From: Somniosus microcephalus
Lineage: Eukaryota
NCBI GenBank assembly: GCA_052327205.1
Contig: CM126232.1
Location: 25,420,001-25,484,000, forward strand
Direction of reading: 5' to 3'
Length of the DNA stretch: 64,000 bases
Below the pieces are notes generated by a model. The model was given only the letters and a program-made list of their open reading frames with translations. It was not told where the DNA came from and searched no databases. Shown one piece after another: positions 12,346 to 24,162 of this stretch; positions within the stretch are counted from its first letter, which is position 1; each line of letters starts with the position of its first letter. Both the position numbers and the translations under genes were made by a program.

Positions 12346-12472
12346 CTCGACTGCGCCGCACCATCTCTTGCCGAGCTCCTATAGTCCCGAGAATGGCCTC
12401 TTCCAGTCGTGCTTTCATATCCTGGGATTTCTTAAATGTCAGGCTGTTAATCCGCTCAAAAGCTTTCTTACC
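12346..12472 (-). CDS. DOCK6: DOCK6 exon [42 protein letters not shown]
   Basis: 127 nt, cag/gtacgc; not in ORF track, translated by hand. Confidence 0.96.
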
Positions 12473-12697
12473 CTGGAACCAACAAATCAATCGTCACATG
12501 AAAACCTTTTAATGGCCACCTGAGATTTCCTCAGCTCTTGGGGTGACTTGTCTTATTAAATCTGGAGAAACGCCAGAGCACCTTCTGCAGCAAGGGACCA
12601 ACTCTGACAGTGGATGAGGAGCTGAGCTCTCTTACTGTATCACCACATCAGCACCCCAATAGTGAGCCACTGTGCCAAAAAGCAGTCCCGCCCATAA

Positions 12698-13071
12698 ATT
12701 TTTCTTTTTTAATTCGCTCATGGGATGTGAGCATCGCTGGCATTTATTGCCCATCCCCAATTACCCTCGACAAGGTGGTGGTGAGCCTTCATGACTGGCT
12801 TGCTAGTGGCCATTCCAGAGGGCAGTTAAGAGTCAACCACATTGCTTTGGGTCTGCAGTCATATATAGGCCAACCCGGGTAAGAACGGCAGATTTCCTTC
12901 CCTAAAGGACATTAGTGAACCAGATGGATTTTTATGACAATCCGGTAGTTTCTTGGTCACCATTACTGACACCAGCTTTTTATTCCAGATTTAATTAATT
13001 AACTGAATTTAAATTCCCCGGCTGTTGTGGTGGGATTTGAACTCATGTCTCTGGGTCATTAGTCCAGGCCC
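12698..13071 (-). mobile_element. tRNA-derived SINE with LINE-derived tail
   Basis: Minus strand gagttcaaatccc B box; tail ..gcccacatcccatga..aaaaa also at 18064-18220. Confidence 0.7.
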
Positions 13072-14426
13072 CTAGCATGCCCTAATGCTGTTAGACAGAC
13101 ACAATTCGCTGCAAAGCTCACAGCAGAGTGGTCTGCGAGATCCTCAATTCTATTTCTAGATCCTCAAGAGGATTTTAAGCCCACACAGTTAAGCATCTGT
13201 GTGTTGTTCAGAAAACAGAGCCAAATGCTAATAGAATGCCAAACACGTGTCTCATGCCAGATCTACCTGGGAGGTTTCTCCACACCATAAGCTAAAGGGA
13301 TGACTGAGATGTCAATGACTTTATTAAGAAATCTAGGTTAAAAGTCATAGCCTGCAGTGTAGGCCACAGCAAGGGTGAAAACAGTGATGGGATGGGGCGG
13401 CACATTCGGAAGTGATGATTAGGTAATGATGCCAAGCTGGGGGCTTTTAAATCCGGACGATTATTAGAGGAAACAAAGACCGCAAGAGCCACAAGAATTT
13501 CTGATCCTCGACATAACCTGTGGATCACTATTTCAATCCTGAGACTGTTCCAACCAAGAGCTTTTACAACATTAAGGTTCGGACAGAAGGGACTGGCAGC
13601 ATTTCAGTGTGCACTCTGGCAACCTCACTCACCGTTTCACTAGTGTAGAGGTACAGGTCCTGACCCAAAGACAAACAGTCCACATATCACAGCTATCTTT
13701 GGCTCTTTCAGAAACCTCGCAGAGACACTTGAGCTGCTGTGTGAATGATTGGAGTCTAGCTTTGGTCGGGATGCAGTTACATGAATAAGCCTCTGGCACC
13801 AGTAAGTGAAATTAAAGTTTAAAAATATTAAGTTGTTTAGATCTTGTGGTAAATAAGTATCGTTCTTGTTATTTCTTGTTTGGATAAACTACAACAATAA
13901 TCTTTTAGATGGATGGGGTCTCAGAGAATCATGAGTTTGATGGGACAATACCAGTGAGAAAATGACAGGCATCTGAAAGAAGTCAAGGATTCCTAACAGA
14001 GTGCCAACTGCTGATGGTTACAGTTGAACAGCCCCTATCCTAGTTATTCAGCGTAAAACTCTTTTGTTGCGAGTTTGCTTTCCTGTTTTCTTCCCATAGC
14101 AAATGTGCTCATGGGGCTCCGTCCTAATCGCACCATTAAGTTTTGTCTAATTACGTTCGTGTTAAGCTCCCCGTGACGTTTTTACTATGTTAAAAGGCGC
14201 TATATAAATGCAAGTTGCTGTTGTTTGCCAACCTGTCACTCAGCAACAGAACTGCTATGTCACTGATTCGATGAGTTAGAACAAATACAACTCAACGCAC
14301 CTCAATGAACCCCATATCAGACTGTGGCAAAAGAAACACACAGCCCATACTGGAACCGAACTGTAGCCACAGGCACCCTCTCACACACCCCACAGGCTCC
14401 ATATCCCCACTGCTCTGTGTGCTTAC

Positions 14427-14609
14427 CTTGTATTCGAAGCAGGATATGCAGAGGTACAGCAAGTCTAGCAGTCGGTTTAGCTGGAAAACCGACAGGTCCG
14501 TGAACCACTTCTGCAGGATCTCCTCATCGGCGTTCTTCAGGATCCAGAGGAAACAGATGAGAAGGATGCGACTTGACTCAGCTGACAGGGTGGCATACTG
14601 CCGGCTGGG
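14427..14609 (-). CDS. DOCK6: DOCK6 exon [28 protein letters not shown]...[15 protein letters not shown]
   Basis: 183 nt, tag/gtaagc. Confidence 0.95.
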
Positions 14610-15429
14610 CTACAAAGGCAAGGAGCTTGCATTACAACTCACCCGGCTTCAGTACCTATTACATCAGAGTTCGGGAGCAATGTCTGCAGTTGGGCAAGTG
14701 GTACAGACCTATTTCAGAAGGGTTAGTATCACTTGATTCACCTGAGGTCAGAGAGGCTGGCTGAAATAGAAAACTTTTTCACTTAAAATAGTTTCTCCCC
14801 CTCAAGCAAAAATCAGCTAGCACCAATTCTTATTATATGTGGCATTGGTAAGCTAATATCCAGGGGTGGCATGGTAGCACAGAAGGTTGGTACCATGATA
14901 CCATGGAGTAGTAGGACAACGTTTCTACTGTTACAATGCCCTGTATGGCGGGTTTCCAATCTCACCTGCTGTCAGGAGAAGGGTGGGGCCAAGAACAATA
15001 TAAATATGGATGAGGAAGGTAATTCGGTCCCGCATCCATGTAGAAAAATCAACACTTCCCCCATTACAGAATCCAGGGGTTCGTCAACTGATTCCAGGTG
15101 TTTTGCCTCCATTGCCCTACCCAGAAGCTCATTCCTTGTGTCAATCACCCTGAAGAAATTCCTGGACTGGTTCAAAATTTCTCTTCTAACCAATCAAAGG
15201 GGAATCTTCGCACGTTTTACTAGCGTCACTCAAACAAAACCTTCACAACTGCAGGGTGACAGGAGGTTGGTGGTGGACCGGTCAGGCTGCTCAGCAGGGG
15301 AATGGTGTGCAGGGAGAATAATAAAAGGCAGTGGAGGGAGGGAAATATTCGCGTGAAACCTGATTCGATTTTTCTGCCTCTTTTCAGCAAAGATTTAATT
15401 CTAACAGTTTTTACAGGCAGTTCTCAGTA

Positions 15430-15721
15430 CAGGAAACTTTGTGTTATCCGGAGGCTAACTGTCCGGAATGCTCGAGCCACTGGCAAAAATCAGGAGCCGT
15501 TTTCGTTAGGTTTTTTTTCAACAGTCAAGCTCTGCAAGGTCTGCTGAAGCTGTTGCTAAGCTACAGAGACGCTTGGACTGTTTAGAATCTGTTGGGTTTG
15601 TTGACAGATACGGAGCTCAAAAGCTTCCGTATCTTTCAACATTAGCGCTGGTTTGTCCGGCAGTTTTGAGGGAACGGCAACAGCTCGGTCCCGTCGGTGC
15701 CGGATAGCACAAAGTTTCCTG
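15430..15721. mobile_element. Tc1/mariner-type MITE (third copy)
   Basis: 22-bp near-perfect TIR caggaaactttgtgttatccgg/ccggatagcacaaagtttcctg with TA flanks. Confidence 0.85.
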
Positions 15722-16038
15722 TATATATAAATATGTCACGATACCATAGCCATCTTGAGCTCGATACCAAATGCGTGAAGGACACATTTACTGGGACATA
15801 AATCACTCACAATGGGCGGCCGGGGGTGTGGGCAAGGGTAGCAGAGTCAGCTAGGGTTATGATCCGGCAGAGTCAATATAAGTCCGAGCAACGTTGGGTA
15901 TCTGATTTACTAAGGGGCCACCCAGCCTCCGGGCTTCTCTGCCCATGGAATTAAATGATGAAAAGAAATAAAAAATAAATAAGCTATCATTGGAACAAGC
16001 TCATTCAGCTGCTCCACCGTCACTGACTGGTGTCCTAC

Positions 16039-16193
16039 CATGACAGGAAGCTGGAATGGGGAGCTTCTGTTTGGGTGGGGCACAGGCGATCCTGCTATTG
16101 CCATGGCGATGGTCTGACTGATCATGTTGCTGCTCTCGGTGTCCACTTCATCCATCATTGAAGCAGCGAGACGCCCCTTCTGGTTGCCGTTTT
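16039..16193 (-). CDS. DOCK6: DOCK6 exon ENGNQKGRLAASMMDEVDTESSNMISQTIAMAIAGSPVP...LPVM
   Basis: 155 nt, cag/gtagga, AMAIAG motif. Confidence 0.9.
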
Positions 16194-16554
16194 CTGTTGG
16201 GGAGGGGAAGCAGCGAGTATTTGTTTAGAGCTTTGTGACGAGCTAAAGACAATTCTTCCAGTGACCAGCATTCGCGTCCCCGTCATGTTCCACACGCACC
16301 AGCATCTTCTTGCTGTGGACATGACATGGATGGACAGCACTCACCACTCCTGATCTCCGCTACCCCAGACACAAGAACACCAATCACCACCTCCACCTTT
16401 TTATCACTTATTTTAATCTTCTGTTTTTTCCTCTCCCCCTCCCCCCACAGCCTCTTTTCTTCCACTCAAGGTCTGAAATCCTTTTATTTTCTTCCCACTC
16501 CCCCCAGCGATGCCGATTGCTATTGACTGCTCCATGGTCTGTCGGAAGGCTGCT

Positions 16555-16925
16555 TTCAAGTCTCTCCATGGCCCTATCTCTGCAACCTTCCCCAGCCCTA
16601 CAACCCTCAGAGATCTCTGCGCTCCTCCAATTCTGGCCTCTTGCGTAACCCCGATTTTCTTCGCTCCCACCATTGGCTGCTGTGCCTTCAGCTGCCGAGG
16701 CCCTAAGCTCTGGAATTCCCTCCCTAAACCTCTCCGTCTCTCGAACTCTTGTTCCTCCTTTAATACGCCGATTAAAACCTCTCTCTTTGACCAAGCTTTT
16801 GGTCACACGTCCTAATATCTCCTTATGTGACTTGATGTCAATTTTTGTTTGCTAATGCTCCTGTGAAGCGCCTTGGGACGTTTGACTACGTTAAAGACGC
16901 TGTATAAACGCAAGTTATTGTTGTT
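16555..16925 (+). mobile_element. L2-type LINE 3' fragment
   Basis: ..AFSCRGPKLWNSLPKPLRLS..KTSLFDQAFGH and conserved tail. Confidence 0.85.
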
Positions 16926-17079
16926 GCTCTGAGCTTTTTATGAGCAAGTGCCTCGCCTGCACGGAGAAGATCAAACCCCTACATTACTGTGTGCTCCAAC
17001 ACACTGCTCCTTGAACTACGGTTAACCTAGGTCATTGCTGATGTTGCGAAACAGTCGACCCCGTTACGTTCTTTCCTAC

Positions 17080-17249
17080 CTGTGAAATCGTACAGCTGCG
17101 GCAGGGTGTCCATGACGATACCGATCAGCGGTAAATACAGCTTTGCGACGTGGGCTTTCACTTCGCAATCAGTGTACCGTGGGTCTGCATCGTGGCTGCA
17201 CATCAGGTTATGGATTGCGCCGATCGCCTTTTTATGCAGAAAGAACAAG
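17080..17249 (-). CDS. DOCK6: DOCK6 exon [25 protein letters not shown]...LPQLYDFT
   Basis: 170 nt, cag/gtagga. Confidence 0.95.
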
Positions 17250-18653
17250 CTGGAAAAGAAAAAGTGTGCACACCACACACACACACATAGGGTCAGCAAC
17301 ACTGCCCAACCTACCCACAGCCTGCTAATGCTCTACCAGTGCTGTCACGAATGGTGGGCGTGTGCCATTTTTAGATTGTGTCCACTTGAATCATGAAAAA
17401 TATCCAGCAGTAAAAACACTTGCAATTAAAAGAGCACTTTATTGCACTGTTATACAGGCAAACGTGGCGGCCATTTTGTGTCAGCGGTATCTCACAAACA
17501 GCAAAGAGACGACTGTCCACTTTAATCTGCATGGAGTTACCTGGTTCAGGTGAGCAGCAGTAAGTCACAACACTCCACGTCCCCAGGCATCACTGCCTGT
17601 AACAACTGACACACTGATACCCACTGCCTCAGCTACAGATTCTTTCTGTAGTACTCAACAGCAGCTTTGTGAGTAGCACATCTGTCCATTCAGTACAATA
17701 TTTAGCAATTCTGAAAAACGTGCATTTACATACTGCTTTATCACATGGATGTCCCAAAGTGCTTCATGTACAATGAATTACTTTGAAGTGTTAAATGGGA
17801 AAACAACCAGTTATTTTGCCTCGGGCAAGATCCCACAAACAGCAATGGGATGACTGTCTAGTTAATATGTTTCTGAAAATAAGGCCAGCCGTAGGATAAG
17901 TTTTAAGCATACCATGATTAGACTTGTACGTGAAGTGCTTTGAGGCATCCTGAGAGATGCGATGAGGTGCTATATAAATGCAAGTATGTACATTGTCAAA
18001 ATTAAATCAGCACAGTACAAGGACTGAACCGGAGACTTGGAAAAGGAAAACCCGGGCAGCCCTGTTTTTTTTAAAATTTGTTCACGTGATGTGGGCGTCG
18101 CTGGCAAGGCCCATTTATTGCCCATCCCTAACTGCCCTTGAGAAGGTGGTGGTGAGCCACCATCTTGAACCGCTGCAGTCCGTGTGGTGAAGGTACACCC
18201 ACAGTGCTGTTAGGGAGGGTTTTTTCCACCATACTGTACTTCTATCCACTCAGCATCTAGAGCAGCGATGGGGTGCTCCTTTCCTGAAGGCTTTGACAGT
18301 TATACTGAAGGTTACAGAGGCACTAGGCATCTTCCAATATCGTGCTCAGCTGGTTATAGCTCCAGTGAGCCTCGAGAGCGAATATCAACCATGGGGCTAT
18401 CTCAGCCGAGCCCGATGCTGTCCTCAGCCAATGTTCACACACTACGGTTTCTGGGTGGTGAATTGGGAACCAGATCCTGGGCCTGTTTCCCCGTCTCTAC
18501 CTGGGACACTGATACCAAATGTCTCACCCCTACTGAGAGCACGTAACAACACACACACCAGAGATCGCAAAGGGTCACCATTGTGAGCTTGCTTCCCCGC
18601 ACACTCAACATTGCCTGCTCTCTGTTTGGTGTACGAAAATGAGATGCTTTTAC

Positions 18654-18793
18654 CCTTCAACGTCGGGTTCTAGTATCAAGGCTAGCTCCGTCAATAGTAA
18701 CCCCACCAGAAAGTGCTGTTGTCGAAAAGGCACGGACATCTCAAACATGTTGGCTATCTTCTGATCCTGAAGGAGCGTGGAGAAGCCTGAACT
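18654..18793 (-). CDS. DOCK6: DOCK6 exon [47 protein letters not shown]
   Basis: 140 nt, cag/gtaaaa. Confidence 0.95.
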
Positions 18794-19517
18794 CTGCAGA
18801 ATGAAGGACAATCCCAGTCAGCAGCACTTCAGATACAGTTCACAAAACATGTCCTCACGGGACAATTTCACTTTCACACTTTTTTTTTATATACAGAAAA
18901 GTTTTTCTCTGCTCTTTAGTACCATTCCAAGAATTGTCACGGTAAGCAATTTTGAAATGAAAGCTTACATTTATCTAGCACTTTACCACTAGCTGGTTAA
19001 TAAGGTGTGCAGACAACATGCTCTTGGACCTCTGCCTGTGCTGCCGTCAACTCAGCTGCTAGTCGCATCAAAGGAGCAGCCAACGTCCACTTGGCACTTT
19101 ACCAAACCAGATCAAAATCAGGAACTCGCCATGTAAACGCATGCCCTCTAGGATGGGTTCACAGCACAGTGCAAAATACCAGTGGCCAAGGCAATTTAAA
19201 ATCTCTCCCATCTCCTTTTTATTTTCCACCCAAGGAAATCCAGAGCCATGAACCTGCCAACTGGATGAAGAAACCGTTGTGCCCAATGACTAGTGGGCAC
19301 TGACCAGTGCCCTCCAGAAGTGCACAGTGAATTGCTTACTTGCCACAGATTTGCAAGGGAGGGAAGGACCCAAGAAGTGTGTGGCTCAATCTGGTGGTAA
19401 AGGAACTTATAGACTGCGGTACCCTTTAGGATAAGGTCTCCGCCGGAGCTCAACACTGAACAGACCCAAGAGCAGTGGCCCTGATAAAGACTACACATTG
19501 TGATCTCCAAGGTCCCC

Positions 19518-19925
19518 AATAGCTCAGCTGTCAAGTGAGCTCAGCCTCAGAAAACAGTAGGGCCCCAGGTTCAATTCTTGCTCTGTGCCAAGCGAGCTGG
19601 TCTCAGCCGAGCAACTGACCCTGGGCAAGTGAGAAAATAAAACCAGCCAGTGCGCCTGCTCCTGACTGCTATCCAGTGACCCCCCCCCCGGTTGGAACGT
19701 GCCTACCTGGGCGTCAGGCGAGGACAGCATCAGCCAAAGGGCCTGCCCATGTGCACTGCCTGGGATCACCGATAATGAATTGCCAATGGGGTGAGGGGAG
19801 GGGGTAGAACTGGAGCCAGCATGAACCAGGTGCTCCTGTGATGCTTCTAGCAGCTGAATTGAGAGCTGCACAGGCAGAGGTCTGTGAGCACGTGGTCAGG
19901 AGAGATGAGGAGAAAATTAAAGGGG
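19518..19925 (+). mobile_element. Ancient tRNA-derived SINE, near full length
   Basis: tagctcag..ggttcaat head; gctcctgactgctatccagtgacc core; ggagaaaatt tail. Confidence 0.65.
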
Positions 19926-20182
19926 AAAAAATGCCTTAAAAAAAAGTGCAAAATAATCAGCTATGTTTTTTTTTAATCCAAGAATTTTAATAACAAACTA
20001 ACTTTAAAAAAATTGTAGATGACTGACAGGCTTCCAAACCTAGCAGGTCGTTTACACAGGAACTTTCAGTCAGATCTCTGCCTTTTAATAGTGTCAAAAC
20101 CTTGAATTATGATGCCCTCTCCCAATGTTACCAGAAAGAAACTAAAGCAAAGCTGCATTCCCTCGATACAGGTTAAGATCAG

Positions 20183-20470
20183 AGAATCTTACAGCACAGA
20201 AGGTGGCCACTCGGCCCATCGTGCCTGTGCCACCTCTTTGAAAGAGCTGCCCAGTTAGGCCCAGTCCCCCCGCTCTTTCCCCATACCCCTGCAATTTTCT
20301 CTACTTCACGTATTTATCCAATTCACTTTTGAAAGTTACGATTGAATTTGCTTCCACCACCCAGTGCATTCCAGGTCATAATAACTCGCTGTGTAAAACA
20401 AATTCTCCTCATCCCCCCCCTCTGGTTCTTTTGTCAGTTATTTTAGATTTGTGTTTAAACCTCTTGTTGG
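20183..20470 (-). mobile_element. CR1 LINE 3' end
   Basis: acagcacagaaggtggccactcggcccatc CR1 tail motif. Confidence 0.75.
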
Positions 20471-20530
20471 TGCCACTCTGCTCAAACCTATTAATGGGGT
20501 TTGAAGGGGCACCGTCAAGAAGGTGCTTAC

Positions 20531-20701
20531 CTGGGAGGTAGCTGAGGAGACCGATGGGGACGGGGATGCAGGGGGGGACAGTGTGCTGCACGGGAGATTC
20601 AGCGTGATGTAGTGCTCGTGGCTGCAGATAATGCGAATGAAGTCCAGTCGTAGAGCAATGAGGGCATTTGGGTTCTGCGCAGTCTGCAGTTTAATACTGA
20701 C
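20531..20701 (-). CDS. DOCK6: DOCK6 exon [11 protein letters not shown]...[32 protein letters not shown]
   Basis: 171 nt, aag/gtaagc. Confidence 0.95.
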
Positions 20702-20974
20702 CTTTAGATGGGAGAAGGGAAAGAAACACACAAAGAGCATTAACTCAGGCCTGGACCGACCCCGACTTAGCATCGGTATAACTAAGTTAATCCGATGTAC
20801 AAAATCCTCCCTCGTCACTGGAATGGAATCAATCGCCCAAAAGAGAGGCTGTGGCACCTAAGTCAGTTCCAAACCATAGCTCAGCATTCTTCAAGATCAG
20901 ATCCCCTCGCTTCCCCTGTGACAGGAGTTCAAATTCTGACCTACACCATACGTGGCAAGATCAGAGCAGAACGA

Positions 20975-21978
20975 AGAGGGAAGAATTGTCTGCAACTTTT
21001 CTTCCGTAGAAATAGAAACATTTGGATTGAAAAACGCTGCCTTTATAGGAAGGGACGTTAGGGGCACTTATTCTACCACAAGTGGGTGCTAGGCAGCGCT
21101 CATTTGGAAGGACACTCCATTTCCTCAATCTAATGGCCCAGTACTTCGGGTCCCAACGCGTGAGTACGGACGGGGCACTCACGCGTTGACCCGATGGAAG
21201 TGCCGGTTTCTTGCATGCACAGCGCATGCGCGGGAAACCGGCATTTCCTCCAAGGGGTTCAGAGGTCTAACGCGTGTGCGCAGGACTCTGCGCGCACGCG
21301 TTGAACGTCCTTCTTTTTTTTTACAGGTTTGCCCGTGTGTAAGGGCCTAACTTTTTAGAAATGTAAAAAGGAGACGTAAGGACTTGATTCTTTAAGGTAA
21401 GTGGTCTATTATTTAAAATTATAACATTTTTTCCACAGCTTTATTGTTTTTAAGGACTTTACAGTAAGGTAAGTGTATTTTTAGACCCGATTTTTTTTTA
21501 AATTATTTTTTTCAAAAATTTGATTAATTGTTTAAAATAGTTTTTTAAAGTTATTTATAGTTCATTTAATTAGTGGGATGTTTTTTAAAATTTTATTTAA
21601 GTTTAAGTAGTGTTTTGGGCGCCCGTAGTTTTCATGAGTTTGACAGTTCTTACTATCAAACTCATGAATGAAGTTTCCCCTCCCCTGATTGGCTGCCCAG
21701 TGCTCACCTGATCCCAGCCGGCACATCGAACTAACTACGCCGCTGGATCAGGTAAGCACAGCGCGCCAACAGCTGAACCGGGCCAGTGACAGGAATTCCA
21801 AGCAGGCCCAGGCTTCAGCTGTCGGCGCGCCGGTTAAGTGCACATCGGGGGCTTGCACGCGCGGCAAGCCCCCGAACCTAATTTCTGGGCCAATATCATC
21901 AAATATTCGGGCGACATAAGCTGCGGGGATCCCCTGCTGTTGTCTGTCAATCGGATTGGGAGCAATCTCTTCTCCTCT
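20975..21978. mobile_element. Hairpin-rich non-autonomous DNA element with imperfect TIRs
   Basis: agagggaagaattg / caatctcttctcctct ends; CpG-rich arms, AT-rich centre, several internal palindromes. Confidence 0.55.
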
Positions 21979-22090
21979 ATGTCTCGGCCATCGTTGTGCA
22001 AAAACTTGAAGAAAATTAGGTGAAATGAAAAAAAAAAAATGCTGGCAATGGATTTGGAAACAGACAAACTTTTAATCCGAACCGAAAATG

Positions 22091-22229
22091 TTCCAGTTCT
22101 GAGGAAAGGTCATCGAGCTGAAACGTGAACTCTGTTTCTCTCTCCACAGATGCTGCCTGACCTGCTGAGTATTTCCAGCAGGTTGTGTTTATATTTCAGA
22201 TTTCCAGCATCCGCAGTGTTTTGCCTTTG
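22091..22229 (+). mobile_element. Solo Penelope pLTR unit with hammerhead core (GUG triplet, likely inactive)
   Basis: ccagtt-CTGAGGA-a-aggtc.atc.gagct-GAAAC-gtg-aact, followed by full tail cagatttccagcatccgcag. Confidence 0.8.
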
Positions 22230-22455
22230 AACTATTAATCAAATCACCTGTCCTCAGTTGCACGCTCCTATCCGCCAGCTTCTTCATTCTTGCTGAAGTA
22301 CTGGGCATCCGTTCACAGCCAGTAACAGCGTCAAGGGCCAAAACACAAATATCCAGGGGTGAGAGATAAGCTTATTGTTGGAATGCACAAGGAGCAGACT
22401 GTATCAAAACATTCAGATCCTTGCGTATATTTTAGGCAAGCTTGGTGTTCTAATG

Positions 22456-23144
22456 CAGCGTTTCTCAAACTGGGGTCCTTCGAGATAGCGACTTTCCAGA
22501 GGGTCCGCGGCCAGAGGTAATTTCAAGCCTGCTCCTCTTTATAAAACCGACACTGATTCACTTCTTGCGAATTACTCTCAACGGTTGAGCCCGCCTCCTC
22601 ACAGAGGCCCACAGCTCTCACTCACTTTGCAACCACCGCTCCCTGCCGGTCGAGCCGATTCCTCTCCCTGGCGCCCCCGACACGTGATCAGAGCGCCTGT
22701 GGGGCCTTTCAAACACCTGCCTGAACGTGTTCGCGCAAAAACGCACAATCCCACAGTGCAGCTGTTACAGAACATGCCAGTGGGACAGTATGGCGGTGAG
22801 TCGTGCTTCCAGCAGCAACCCAGCATGTACATGGGCGCTCGTGCCCTCACTCACCTTGGCCAGCCTGCTGACGGCTTTAAAAACTGTCCAGCACTGAGTG
22901 ACTAATGGTGGCCATCATCTGTTGCTGCGGAGTACCCAGAACTGGTGTGAGAAGCAGGCACACCCATCTCACTGATATCTGTAAGTAAATACCTGTTTTC
23001 TTAAAAGCATTATTAAAACACTCTTTACATGTAGAACTTCCATATTATGATTATTGTATAGTATTATAATTTAGATGGGGGGGTCCGTGATTATTAATCG
23101 ATTTGAAAAGGGGTCCTTCAACCAAAATAGTTTGAGAACCACTT
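22456..23144. mobile_element. Non-autonomous hAT (Charlie-like) element
   Basis: TIR cagcgtttctcaaact/agtttgagaaccactt; 8-bp TSD ttctaatg/ctctaatg. Confidence 0.85.
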
Positions 23145-23375
23145 CTCTAATGGGCATCCACCACTAGAGACCCCCAAAAGCAATGGAAACCCTGTGGTGT
23201 ACTACAGCACCTGTTATCCAGTAGGATGTAGCAGCCCCAAGTCTCGGACAAATGGAAGTTCCCACCCAAGTGATATCATCCAGTGGCACGGAGATAACTC
23301 AGGGCTCGTGCATGCAACTCGTGAAGCAGAAACTCCACCCAGCTATTCTCGTGGCTTCAGTATGCAACACAGTAC

Positions 23376-23489
23376 CTGTTTGTAGTACATGCGGATGAGA
23401 CTGAAAACATATCCTCGGTCAATCAGGGAGAGTAAATCATTGAGGAAGAACGCCAAGCTGGTATTCAGCCGTTCCACCAACTCGATATC
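23376..23489 (-). CDS. DOCK6: DOCK6 exon [38 protein letters not shown]
   Basis: 114 nt, cag/gtactg. Confidence 0.95.
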
Positions 23490-23802
23490 CTGAAAAAGAT
23501 GTACACACACACACACAAGGTATATCATAAATATATCAAGACAAACAGCTCATAACACCAAAAGCATTCACAGCCTCAGAAGTTGATTTCCAAAAACAAC
23601 TGCCCACGTTATTCATTGCAGGCTGCAGTTACGGATACAGGAGCATCTGAGCTGTCCATAGGCTGCTGGAGCTGGCCGTATCCAGGAGCACCTCCCCCCA
23701 CACCCACGTCCGCCCCCCCTGCCCCCCACCTTCCCGGAGTTCTGTTGAAAATATTAACTGGTGTAAAATGTTAAATTACTTTAAGAATAGTTAAACCTTT
23801 AC

Positions 23803-23943
23803 CTTCTGGTACCTGCTGACAATGTCTACAGTGATCATGCTGGCTAAAGCCGTTATATCATCTACAAATCTCTCCGGGAATCTCATTTTCCGTAGGGTCT
23901 CAAGCCGGTCTGAAAGATGGAGGTGGTGGCCCATACTTTTCAC
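23803..23943 (-). CDS. DOCK6: DOCK6 exon [30 protein letters not shown]...SRYQK
   Basis: 141 nt, tag/gtaaag. Confidence 0.95.
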
Positions 23944-24162
23944 CTATTTCAAAACATACACAACAAAGTCAGCACATTGCGAGGGGGGGGGGGGGGGTCT
24001 CCAGAAGCATTCTTATACAAGGTTAAACAGAAGGATCGTTTTACTGCACATAACATTCACACTAGTCGATGAGAAACCACAATGCATTATGCACAAAGTG
24101 GTAGAATAGGGGTTGGCGCCCATGATGTTGCTAATCTCAGCAGGGCCGAGGGGGAGATGTTG

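Noticed and set aside
13644-13896. Second solo LTR (tgtag...ctaca)
   Set aside because: No TSD or convincing internal signals.
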